NCBI GenBank assembly: GCA_035527355.1
Contig: DATLAR010000079.1
Span: forward strand, 1 to 45,588
Origin: Planctomycetota bacterium
GTDB lineage: Bacteria > Planctomycetota > PUPC01 > JABMSA01
DNA: 45,588 nt
Direction of reading: 5' to 3'
In this document: positions 1 to 7,957 of the stretch, one piece after another
How positions within the stretch are numbered: the stretch's first letter is position 1
Layout: each line of letters starts with the position of its first letter
Translations under genes and position numbers: made by a program
Notes under the pieces: model-generated
The model's database searches: none
What the model saw: only the letters and a program-made list of their open reading frames with translations
What the model was told of the DNA's origin: nothing

Positions 1-1593
1 GGCGTCTTCGAGCTTGGCAAACCATTCGTCGAGCAGCACCACCTCGTGCCCGCGTTTCTGAAGGCTGCGGATGGTCTTTTCGATGGTTTCGACGGTCGGC
101 CCCCACGGCGTGTGATGGATCAGCAGGAACAGCGGACGGAAGCTCTCGCTGTCCAGCGCCTTGTCCACGCACGCGAAGTCGCCCCCGTGCCGGCCGGAGA
201 GTGCCGTGGCGCAGACGTATGGCGTTTTGCCGGGCGGCAGCGAGTGCGTTTCCAGCAGCCCGCCCCCGCCGTAATGGCGGATCACGCCTTTGGCGCTTGG
301 CACGTGTTTGCGATAGAGCTCGGCGATCCGCTCGACGTCGCTATCCAAATCGCGCCAATAGTGCGCGCGGTACGGATCGGATATGCCGCTGTAGATGTAG
401 TGCAGCCCGGTGAGCTGCATGTATTGCTCGGTGAGCTTGAAGTAGCTCACGGGATCGGGATGCAGGTTTGGATACGTATAGCCGGCGCCGGAAACGGACG
501 CCAGCGGGTAGCCGTTTGGCGGGATGTTTTCGAGGTAGTATTGCAGGATGCCCGGTGCCAGGTGGTATGCCAGCATCTGCACCTCCCAGTTGATGGGCAG
601 GCTGGGCCGCTTCTTGTGAACGAACACGCCGCTGTGGAAGTTCTCCAGGCACCAGAGGGCGTCGCCGTCGCTCATCACGAAGGTCACATACACCTTGCGT
701 TCTGCCACCCTCTGCGGCGGCGTGAGCGTGCGAAGCTTTGCCTTTGGTTTGGCGTCGATGCCGGCGTGCACGGTGAGGTTGGGGCTGCGGCCGTTGCAGG
801 TAACGAAGCATCCGTTGCGGGCGATGCGTGCGGTATACTCGAGCTCCTGCGTGCGGTCGTCCAGCCAGCCCATCACGTGGCAAGGGCGCTCGGCCGCCTG
901 GTAGATGCGGTCGACCAGCGCCGACTCCAGCCGGTCTTTCATCGAATGGCAGCAGCAGAACAGGAAGAGGTTTTTTGCGACGACGATGTCGTAGTTGTGG
1001 GGACAGTGCCCCGGCTGGTGCATGAGGATGTGGCGGTGGCAGGATGGCTGGAGGTTCTGGTGCGACCACAGCGCAATCTCGTAATCGGTTGCGAAGCGCC
1101 CGCGGAAATCGTCAACGACGTTGGCCGCCCAGCCGTATTTCTTTTTCAGCGAGCGCTGCATTGCGGGCGTAACGGGCAGGCAGTTCTGCCGGCCGGCGAT
1201 CATCACGGCGGGGTTGACGGTGTTCCGCATCTTTGGATCGTAAAGCACCACGCCTTTCACGTAATCGCCGAAGCGCTCGAGCAGCAGCCGGGGGTCCTTC
1301 AGGCGTTCCACCTCGACACCAAACTGCTTGCGGTAGTAATCCAGCCAGAGGAATTCGGGCGAGCGCTTGAATGCAGCCTTATGATAAGGGTAGCAGATGT
1401 ATATCTGCGGTTCCACGCGATTCACGAGGCCCTGCAGCACGGCAAGCATAGTTTGCTCGGGTCCGCTGCTGGGCTGGCCGCCGAAGATTTTCTTCGGGCC
1501 GGGGTCCATGTCTTCGGGAATCTCAGCGGCTATCAGCCGCCGGACCTTCGGCATCTCGCCGTAGAGGTTCACGGGGTCCGAGTCTGCTTTCAT
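1..1593 (-). CDS. GxGYxYP-family protein (putative glycoside hydrolase); 3' end cut by window edge
   Basis: My translation of the minus strand from ATG 1593 (MKADSDPVNLYGEMPKVRRLIAAEIPEDMDPG...) stays open to nt 1. It is therefore absent from the ORF track. It contains the family motif SGAGYTYP (about nt 471-494). Plus-strand ORF 46..1662 is its antisense shadow. Confidence 0.7.
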   Translation of the reverse strand, partial: MKADSDPVNLYGEMPKVRRLIAAEIPEDMDPGPKKIFGGQPSSGPEQTMLAVLQGLVNRVEPQIYICYPYHKAAFKRSPEFLWLDYYRKQFGVEVERLKDPRLLLERFGDYVKGVVLYDPKMRNTVNPAVMIAGRQNCLPVTPAMQRSLKKKYGWAANVVDDFRGRFATDYEIALWSHQNLQPSCHRHILMHQPGHCPHNYDIVVAKNLFLFCCCHSMKDRLESALVDRIYQAAERPCHVMGWLDDRTQELEYTARIARNGCFVTCNGRSPNLTVHAGIDAKPKAKLRTLTPPQRVAERKVYVTFVMSDGDALWCLENFHSGVFVHKKRPSLPINWEVQMLAYHLAPGILQYYLENIPPNGYPLASVSGAGYTYPNLHPDPVSYFKLTEQYMQLTGLHYIYSGISDPYRAHYWRDLDSDVERIAELYRKHVPSAKGVIRHYGGGGLLETHSLPPGKTPYVCATALSGRHGGDFACVDKALDSESFRPLFLLIHHTPWGPTVETIEKTIRSLQKRGHEVVLLDEWFAKLEDA

Positions 1594-1661
1594 CCGATGT
1601 ATCCTTTTCAACATGTGTCCTGTGTATTGCCGGCGTTTCATGCGGAGAACCAAAGGAGCTA

Positions 1662-1690
1662 AATATACTCATTACCTTGCGCTGTTGAAA
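1662..1690 (-). promoter_or_regulatory. candidate sigma70-type promoter (TTTCAA-N17-TATATT) for the GxGYxYP gene
   Basis: On the minus strand: TTTCAA (1690-1685), 17-nt spacer, TATATT (1667-1662), about 68 nt upstream of ATG 1593. The -35 is weak. Confidence 0.3.
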
Positions 1691-1825
1691 GCGGAAAATC
1701 GGATGGGCGTCTGAGATTGTGCCGATGGTCCACTCCCCCACCGCTCGCAGTCCCGTGGTGCTGGTATTTCCGGCATGGCGCGTGAGAATACTGACCGCTA
1801 AACGCTTTCGGCAAACGCTTTTCCC

Positions 1826-1854
1826 TTGACTATGGGCGATTGCAGTGGTATATA
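1826..1854 (+). promoter_or_regulatory. sigma70-type promoter TTGACT-N17-TATATA for the nfeD-floA operon
   Basis: TTGACT 1826-1831, exact 17-nt spacer, TATATA 1849-1854. It lies in the divergent intergenic region. The -10 ends 7 nt before ATG 1862. Confidence 0.5.
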
Positions 1855-1861
1855 TGAAACC

Positions 1862-3361
1862 ATGGATACTGCATTCTCCACAAGCAGAGGGCGAATAGCG
1901 GCGCTTTGTGCGTGCTTTCTGGCTATGGCCGCGGTATGCGCTGCCGAAGGGCGGCCTCGGCCCGCCAAGCCGCTGATCTACCTGGTAGAGATGCACGGCG
2001 AGATCAACAGGGCGATGATGGCCTTCATCCAGCGCGGGATCAAGGACGCCAAGAACGACAAGGCCGATTGCGTGATTTTCGATATCGACACGTTCGGCGG
2101 CCGCGTCGATTCCGCTATGGAGATCACCACGCTCATCGGCTCGGTTGACCCGGCGCTCAGCGTCGCCTACGTTACAGCCGATCCGGGTGCCACGGGCGCG
2201 GCGTGGTCGGCGGGCGCGCTGATCTCGTTTTCGTGCAAGAAGATTTACATGGCGGCGGGCACGTCGATAGGCGCCGCCGCACCCGTGCTGCAAACCGAAG
2301 CCGGCATGGAGATGGCCTCCGAGAAGGTTGTGAGCGCCGTGCGGGGCTCCGTAAAAGCCCTCGCCGAGAAGAACAAGTATCCCACCGAAATAGCGCTTGC
2401 GATGGTCGATTCCGATATCGAACTGTGGGAGGTGGTGATCGACGGCAAGGTTCGCACCGTTATGGCCGAGGAGCATGAGAAGCTCCAGGCCGAGGCGAAC
2501 AGGATGAATGAGCCGATTGACTCGAAGCTCATTTCGGCCAAGGGCAAATTGCTGACGCTCACCGCTGAGGAAGCGGAGAAGTATGGGGTGTCGTCGGGCA
2601 CACTGTCGCGTGAGGCCCTGCCCGAGGCGCTCAGGCTCGCAGGCGCCGAAATGAAGGTGGTGAAGAAGACCTTTTTCGACGAGATGGTGGGCTTGCTCAC
2701 GGCGCCCGTGGTGGTAACGCTGCTGGTGGTGATAGGCCTGGTGGCGCTTTACATCGAGATCACCACGCCGGGCTTCGGCGTGCCGGGCACCGTGGGCGTG
2801 CTGTGTTTCCTCACGATCTTTACCAGCAATTTCCTGCTGGGCCGCGTAGGCTCGGTCGAGATCGTCCTGTTTGTTCTGGGGCTGGCTCTGCTGGTCGTCG
2901 AGGTGTTTCTTATCCCCGGATTCGGTGTGGCGGGTGTGGCCGGCATCGTGCTGATCATGTCCTCGCTGGTGCTTGCCATGCAGGGATTTGCCGTGCCGGA
3001 GTTCTCCTTCCAGTGGGATATCATGATGCAGAACATTCTGGTGGTGATGGCCGGCTTCATCGCGGCGCTGATAATAGTGATAGTTCTGCTGAAATACCTG
3101 CGGCAGGTGCCGCTGCTGAACCGCCTCGAGCTTCGCACCGAGCAGCTTCCCGAGCAGGGCTACGTGGTGCAGTCGCAGGACGAGGCAAAGGAGCTTTTCG
3201 GCAGGCAGGGAGTGGCGCTCACGAAGCTCCGCCCCGTAGGCAAGGCCGAATTCGGCGAGCGGCTGATAACAGTGGAAACCGACGGCGAGTTTCTCGAGGC
3301 CGGTTCGCGTGTGCAGGTGATCGAAGTGAGCGGAAACAGGGTGCTTGTACGGAAGGTGTGA
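1862..3361 (+). CDS. nfeD: NfeD-family membrane-bound serine protease, long form (ClpP-like domain, membrane region, C-terminal NfeD/OB domain)
   Basis: ORF 1826..3361. ClpP-class NfeD region (LIYLVEMHGEINRAMMAFIQRGIKDA...DIDTFGGRVDSAMEI...AWSAGALISF...GTSIGAAAPV). Several hydrophobic helices, then C-terminal GRQGVALTKLRPVGKAEF...VIEVSGNRVLVRKV. Start moved to ATG 1862 because the track start TTG 1826 is the -35 hexamer. Confidence 0.8.
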   Translation: MDTAFSTSRGRIAALCACFLAMAAVCAAEGRPRPAKPLIYLVEMHGEINRAMMAFIQRGIKDAKNDKADCVIFDIDTFGGRVDSAMEITTLIGSVDPALSVAYVTADPGATGAAWSAGALISFSCKKIYMAAGTSIGAAAPVLQTEAGMEMASEKVVSAVRGSVKALAEKNKYPTEIALAMVDSDIELWEVVIDGKVRTVMAEEHEKLQAEANRMNEPIDSKLISAKGKLLTLTAEEAEKYGVSSGTLSREALPEALRLAGAEMKVVKKTFFDEMVGLLTAPVVVTLLVVIGLVALYIEITTPGFGVPGTVGVLCFLTIFTSNFLLGRVGSVEIVLFVLGLALLVVEVFLIPGFGVAGVAGIVLIMSSLVLAMQGFAVPEFSFQWDIMMQNILVVMAGFIAALIIVIVLLKYLRQVPLLNRLELRTEQLPEQGYVVQSQDEAKELFGRQGVALTKLRPVGKAEFGERLITVETDGEFLEAGSRVQVIEVSGNRVLVRKV

Positions 3362-3364
3362 TCT

Positions 3365-3853
3365 ATGCAGCTTTGGGCGTCGATACTGCTGGTATTCCTT
3401 GGTTTTCTTGCGATCTTCATCGAGCTGTTCATTCCGGCCGGCGGGCTGGTGGGCGCGGCCGGTGTGGCCGGAATGGTGGTGGGCATCGTCTTCGCGTTCA
3501 AGACGAACTCGCTTGCAGGGGCGCTGCTGCTCGTGCTTGCGGCGGCGGGCACACCGGCGTTGATTGCCCTCGGCTTCAAGGTTTTCCCGCGCACCTACGC
3601 CGGCAAGCGCCTGATCCTCAAAAAGACCCTGCAGTCGGGTTCGGCCAGTGACAGATTCGAGTCGTTGATGGGAAAAGAAGGCGTGGCGCTTTCGGCGCTT
3701 CGGCCATCGGGCACCATAAGAGTGGGCAACGAAAAAGTGAGCGTAGTGACGGAAGGCGGCATGATCGAAGCCGGAACCACAGTGAAAGTGGTGGCCGTTG
3801 AGGGTGCACGCATTGTAGTGCGCCAGGCGGCGGCTCCGTCGCACGAAGCCTAA
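3365..3853 (+). CDS. NfeD-like membrane protein, short form (TM helices plus C-terminal OB domain)
   Basis: 162 aa. Hydrophobic N-terminal half (ILLVFLGFLAIFIELFIPAGG...). C-terminal motif GKEGVALSALRPSGTIRVGNEKVSVVTEGGMIEAGTTVKVVAVEGARIVV is typical of NfeD C-termini. ATG lies 4 nt after the upstream stop. Confidence 0.75.
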   Translation: MQLWASILLVFLGFLAIFIELFIPAGGLVGAAGVAGMVVGIVFAFKTNSLAGALLLVLAAAGTPALIALGFKVFPRTYAGKRLILKKTLQSGSASDRFESLMGKEGVALSALRPSGTIRVGNEKVSVVTEGGMIEAGTTVKVVAVEGARIVVRQAAAPSHEA

Positions 3854-3892
3854 TGGTCATCGAACCGGATTTACCGAAACAGCAAAGGAGTC

Positions 3893-4963
3893 ATGAAAAT
3901 GCATGAAAGGATGATTGCCTACGCCGTATCCCGTGCGGCGGGCACTGCGCAAAGCCCGGCAGACAACAATCAGATGTGGATTTGGATCGGCCTCGGCATC
4001 GGCTTTGTAGCGCTGATGATTGTTATCGCGCTCGCGCGATACTTCGGCCTATGGCTGCGGGCGTACCTGTCGGGCGCGCACGTTGGCCTGCTGAACCTTA
4101 TCGGCATGTCGCTGCGCCGCGTGAGCCCCAGCGTGATCGTCGATTCACGCATCATGCTCACCAAGGCCGGCATTCCGATCGAAACCGACCTGCTCGAAAC
4201 GCATTTCCTCGCGCAAGGGCACGTGGGCCGCGTTTGCCAGGCGCTCATCGCAGCCAATAAGGCCAATATCCCCCTCAACTTCCAGCGTGCGGCGGCCATT
4301 GATCTCGCCGGCCGAGACGTGCTGGACGCCGTGCGAACCAGCGTAAACCCGAAGGTCATCGACTGCCCCGACCCCGCAAAGGGCAGGCAAACGATTGACG
4401 CCGTGGCGAAAGACGGCATCCAGGTGAAAGCCAAGGCCCGCGTAACCGTGCGTGCCAACATCGAACGACTCGTCGGCGGCGCCACCGAGGAAACAATCAT
4501 CGCCCGCGTGGGCGAGGGCATCGTTACCACCATCGGCTCGGCTGATTCCTACAAGGCCGTGCTCGAAAACCCCGACGCGATCTCGCGTCGCGTGCTCGAG
4601 AAGGGCCTCGATGCCGGAACCGCGTTTGAAATCCTGTCAATCGACATCGCCGACGTGGACGTCGGCGAGAACGTCGGTGCGAAACTTCAGGCCGACCAGG
4701 CCGAGGCCGACAAGCGGCGCTTCCAGGCCGAAGCCGAGAAACGCCGTGCCGCCGCACAGGCTCGCGAGCAGGAAATGCTCGCACTCATCCAGGAAAACCG
4801 AGCGAAGGTTGTGCTGGCCGAGGCTGAAATACCACAGGCCATCGCCCAGGCTTTCCGCGCCGGCAACTTCGGCATCATGGACTATTACCGCCTGAGGAAC
4901 ATCCAGGCCGACACCGATATGCGCAAGAATATCGGCGGGCAGGACAAGCGCACCGAGACCTGA
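3893..4963 (+). CDS. floA: flotillin-like protein FloA (YqfA/UPF0365 family)
   Basis: Colinear by eye with remembered B. subtilis FloA blocks: [94 protein letters not shown] lies upstream. ATG 3899 has better SD spacing and is an alternative start. Confidence 0.9.
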   Translation: MKMHERMIAYAVSRAAGTAQSPADNNQMWIWIGLGIGFVALMIVIALARYFGLWLRAYLSGAHVGLLNLIGMSLRRVSPSVIVDSRIMLTKAGIPIETDLLETHFLAQGHVGRVCQALIAANKANIPLNFQRAAAIDLAGRDVLDAVRTSVNPKVIDCPDPAKGRQTIDAVAKDGIQVKAKARVTVRANIERLVGGATEETIIARVGEGIVTTIGSADSYKAVLENPDAISRRVLEKGLDAGTAFEILSIDIADVDVGENVGAKLQADQAEADKRRFQAEAEKRRAAAQAREQEMLALIQENRAKVVLAEAEIPQAIAQAFRAGNFGIMDYYRLRNIQADTDMRKNIGGQDKRTET

Positions 4964-5051
4964 TCGGGCGTAGACTGAAAGCACCGTACTGATGCAGACG
5001 CGCCAAGGGCACGTCGCTTCCGAGCGCAAACGCAACTGATCCGAATCTGAC

Positions 5052-5077
5052 GGAGGGGTGGGCTGCCCCGCCCCTCC
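5052..5077 (+). terminator. GC-rich hairpin after floA (possible terminator or attenuator; no U-tract)
   Basis: GGAGGGGTGGG (5052-5062), CTGC loop, CCCGCCCCTCC (5067-5077). 11-bp stem with one G-U pair. The following sequence is not T-rich and a GTG-start ORF begins at 5094. Confidence 0.3.
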
Positions 5078-5093
5078 CGATTGAAAGGCTACC

Positions 5094-5699
5094 GTGGGCT
5101 TCGAAGAAATCATCGCCATCATCGTGGCCGTGCTCTTCATTCTCTTCCGCATTTTCGGCCGGCCCGCCCCCAAAGGAGAGCAGCCGCAGCAGCAACGCGC
5201 TCCGCGCCCGACCGGGCCGATTGAAAACGACCCCTTCGAGGAGCTGCGCCGCCGCATCGAAGAGGCCGCCCGGCGCCGCAAGCAAGAGGAAGAGCAGCGG
5301 ACAAGCGAGCGCGCGCCGGCCGCCGAGGCCGAACGCCAGCCGCCGCCCCTGCCTCAACCGCAGCCGCAATATCGCCCTCAGCCTCAGCCGCGCCCTCAGC
5401 CTATGCCGCAGCCGGAATACCGCCCGCACCAGCAGCCCGCGCCGCGCCCTGAGCAGCAGTACCGTCCGCAACCGCAACCTATGCCGCGGCCACAGGCGGC
5501 CAAGCCTGTCTTCATCGAGCACGAGCCCGCACCGTGGGCGCCGTTGAAACTTTCGCAACCGATACGGAGGGCACAGAAAGCTACCGGGCTGGAACGAATC
5601 GAGCGCCTCCCCCCGCTGCAGAGGGCGATCATTTTCAGCGAGGTTCTCGGTCCGCCGGCCGCGCTGCGGTCCGGCGAAAGCAGACAACCCGGCCTCTGA
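5094..5699 (+). CDS. hypothetical membrane-anchored Pro/Gln-rich repeat protein
   Basis: GTG start preceded by GAAAGG. N-terminal hydrophobic helix (EEIIAIIVAVLFILFRIF). Degenerate PQPQ(Y)RPQPQP repeats at about nt 5338-5505. Non-repetitive C-terminus (LPPLQRAIIFSEVLGPP). Coding status rests on position, the TM helix and the SD only. Confidence 0.55.
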   Translation: MGFEEIIAIIVAVLFILFRIFGRPAPKGEQPQQQRAPRPTGPIENDPFEELRRRIEEAARRRKQEEEQRTSERAPAAEAERQPPPLPQPQPQYRPQPQPRPQPMPQPEYRPHQQPAPRPEQQYRPQPQPMPRPQAAKPVFIEHEPAPWAPLKLSQPIRRAQKATGLERIERLPPLQRAIIFSEVLGPPAALRSGESRQPGL

Positions 5700-5758
5700 T
5701 AGCCGGGCTGTGGCATATTCCGGCGCCGTGCGCACCGGCCCCCGCGATCCCACTACAC

Positions 5759-6985
5759 TCAATCGAGGTCCGACGGCACGTCTTCCACCGCCTGCATCTG
5801 CCGCGTCTGCGAGCCGCTTTCCCGTTGCGCCTCCGCCAGCTTGCCGATGCAGGCGTCGATCAGGGCCTTCAGGCCCGCGACCTTTATGGTGCTGAAGTGG
5901 ATCAGCCCCTCGCTCCTGGCTTCTTGCAGCGTGAGCGTCAGCGGAATGTCCAGCTCCTGAAAATCGATGAGTGTAAACTCCTTCGCTCCGGGCTGCGTCG
6001 ATCTCACCACTGCCCTCAGTGCCGCGTCGATCTGCTTCACGGCTTCGGCATTGGCGCCTTCAATCGACAGATCAAGAACGGCCTCGTCATTCGAGAGCAG
6101 TTCGAGGCTGAACGCGATATTCTTCACGTGATGCGGGTCCAGCATCAGCTCGGAGGCCATGTCGGCACGAACCTGCGGGATCTGCTCGAGCGGCAGGAAC
6201 GCGGCCAGCAGCACGTCATCCTCATTCAACAGCGCGCCGTGGATGAACCTGGTGGAATCAGCGCGCCGGTAAACCTGCATGAACGGGCTGTCGGCCGGCG
6301 GCTCTGCCCCGGCAAACGCATCGAGTCCGGCCTTCACGCCATCGGCCTCGCGGCCGGCGAATACGCAGGAATGCGCCGCGCCGACCATCAGGTCTTCAAC
6401 CCAGTTCTGCTTGTCTTTCGGCAGCTTCACGCCGGATGCGGTCCAGCCTTCCATCACACTTCTTGCGGGCCTTATAGCGGCGCCGCGGTATCGCGGCGTG
6501 TCGGCCGCGCCCGCGTCGAATACGCGCTGCACCAGCATCCTGCCGATCCGCGGGAGCTCGGCGAACGTCAGCGAAAAGAACACGCGCAAGTTTTCCGGCG
6601 AGTGCCCGCGATACGACGCAACCGCCGTGAAGGCGCCGATCTGCACATTTTGCGGCTCCTGCAGCTTGGTCAGCGCGCTGATGTGCTCTTTTTCAGTTGT
6701 GAGCTCGTGCCGAAGCGCGGATTCCGCCATGTATGCGATTACCTGGCGATAACCCTCGTTGGCCGAGTCCGCCCGCAGCACCGCGATGCCCGTGGTGTCG
6801 CCGTCAACAAACTGCAGCGGCGGAATGGGTTTGCCCCACTGGAACAGCCACACGGCGCCTATCCCGCAGAAGAGGCACGAAATTCCCAGCAGCACGCCGA
6901 TAGCCACGAGCAGCTTCTTGCGGGTAGACCACTTTCGCCTTTCACGTTGAGCTTCCGGCAGGGGTTGTTCGTTCTGGTCGTTCAT
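5759..6985 (-). CDS. hypothetical protein with N-terminal membrane anchor
   Basis: 408 aa. GGAG 7 nt before the ATG. One TM helix (LLVAIGVLLGISCLFCGIGAVWLF), then a soluble mixed-composition domain and an acidic C-terminus. No motif I recognise. Starts 24 nt downstream of dprA. Confidence 0.7.
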   Translation of the reverse strand: MNDQNEQPLPEAQRERRKWSTRKKLLVAIGVLLGISCLFCGIGAVWLFQWGKPIPPLQFVDGDTTGIAVLRADSANEGYRQVIAYMAESALRHELTTEKEHISALTKLQEPQNVQIGAFTAVASYRGHSPENLRVFFSLTFAELPRIGRMLVQRVFDAGAADTPRYRGAAIRPARSVMEGWTASGVKLPKDKQNWVEDLMVGAAHSCVFAGREADGVKAGLDAFAGAEPPADSPFMQVYRRADSTRFIHGALLNEDDVLLAAFLPLEQIPQVRADMASELMLDPHHVKNIAFSLELLSNDEAVLDLSIEGANAEAVKQIDAALRAVVRSTQPGAKEFTLIDFQELDIPLTLTLQEARSEGLIHFSTIKVAGLKALIDACIGKLAEAQRESGSQTRQMQAVEDVPSDLD

Positions 6986-7009
6986 ATCATCTCCAAATCC
7001 TTATGTCGG

Positions 7010-7942
7010 TCATTCAAGGTCGAAAGACTGCTGAATGTCGTGCGATTGGCCGCCGCCGGCGCTCACCTGCTGCAAGAGCTCGGCCACCGAGTGCACGGCG
7101 AGCGCGCCGGCGCGGATGGCGGCGAGGTTGCCCTCGGGCGTATCGCTGCTGAACAGGACGGCCATCGCGTGTGCGCCGAGCTTCCGCGCCGTGCCAAAGG
7201 TGTGCATCGAACCGTCGTCGGGCTGGGCCTCGACGATCAGCAGCTTTTCGCTGAGGGCGGCGGTGATCCTGTTGCGCGCGAGCGCGCCCTCGGTTTCCCA
7301 GGGTGCCTCGGGCGGGCGCTCGGAAACAAGCACCCCGAGGCGCTCGAGCTTGGCCGCCGGCATATCCGCATGCCGGCGGAAATTCAGTATGCCTTCGGGC
7401 AGCACGAAAACAGTGCGTCCGCCGCCGTCGAGCGCGCCCATGTGCGCCGCGGTGTCGATGCCCTTGGCGTTGCCGCTCACTATGGTGTAGCCGCTGCGCG
7501 CGAGTGCCGACGCACTGCGAAATGCGGTGCGAAAACCGCGCGCGCTTGCGTGCGTGCTGCCCACGATTCCCACGCTGTGCAGGTCGGCCGCAAGATATTC
7601 GCCCTGGACGTACAGCAGGCCCGGCGGCCAATGCAGCCGCCGCAGCGGCTCCGGAAAGTCGGCATCGTCGTACGCTATGATCCGCACGCCCCGGTCGTTC
7701 AGTCTTTCTATGAGCTTTCGGCAGTAGTCGATCCGTATTGCCGCGAAAACAATCGACTCGAGCAAGGCGGCGTCGGCGCCCGGCATGCCTTGCAGTGTTT
7801 CGGCGGAAGCCATTGCAAGAACCTGCCTGGGCGAGCCGAACTTCCTGACGAGGCGGTGGAACGTGGCCGGGCCCACGTGCTCTGCGCTGTGCAGGGCCAC
7901 CCAACAGGCCAGTTCATCGGGGGTTTTCGACCGGGAGATCAT
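7010..7942 (-). CDS. dprA: DNA-processing protein A (DprA/Smf family), divergent
   Basis: N-terminal HhH-like region (WVALHSAEHVGPATFHRLVRKFGSPRQVL). Rossmann core VGIVGST.AS..G...A...A..LARSGYTIVSGNAKGIDTAAHMGALDGGGRTVFVLPEGI...ARNRITAALS...LIVEA. Several canonical residues are changed. Confidence 0.8.
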   Translation of the reverse strand: MISRSKTPDELACWVALHSAEHVGPATFHRLVRKFGSPRQVLAMASAETLQGMPGADAALLESIVFAAIRIDYCRKLIERLNDRGVRIIAYDDADFPEPLRRLHWPPGLLYVQGEYLAADLHSVGIVGSTHASARGFRTAFRSASALARSGYTIVSGNAKGIDTAAHMGALDGGGRTVFVLPEGILNFRRHADMPAAKLERLGVLVSERPPEAPWETEGALARNRITAALSEKLLIVEAQPDDGSMHTFGTARKLGAHAMAVLFSSDTPEGNLAAIRAGALAVHSVAELLQQVSAGGGQSHDIQQSFDLE

Positions 7943-7957
7943 TGCAGGCGGCCGCCT

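Noticed and set aside
294-312. Sigma-54 promoter-like TGGCAC...TTGC. Other TGGCAC occurrences were seen near 11530, 13995, 22770 and 32363.
   Set aside because: The spacing is wrong (4 nt where 5 are needed between TGGCAC and TTGC at about 298; 8 nt at about 13995) or the -12 element is missing. All lie inside coding sequence. No credible RpoN-dependent promoter was found.
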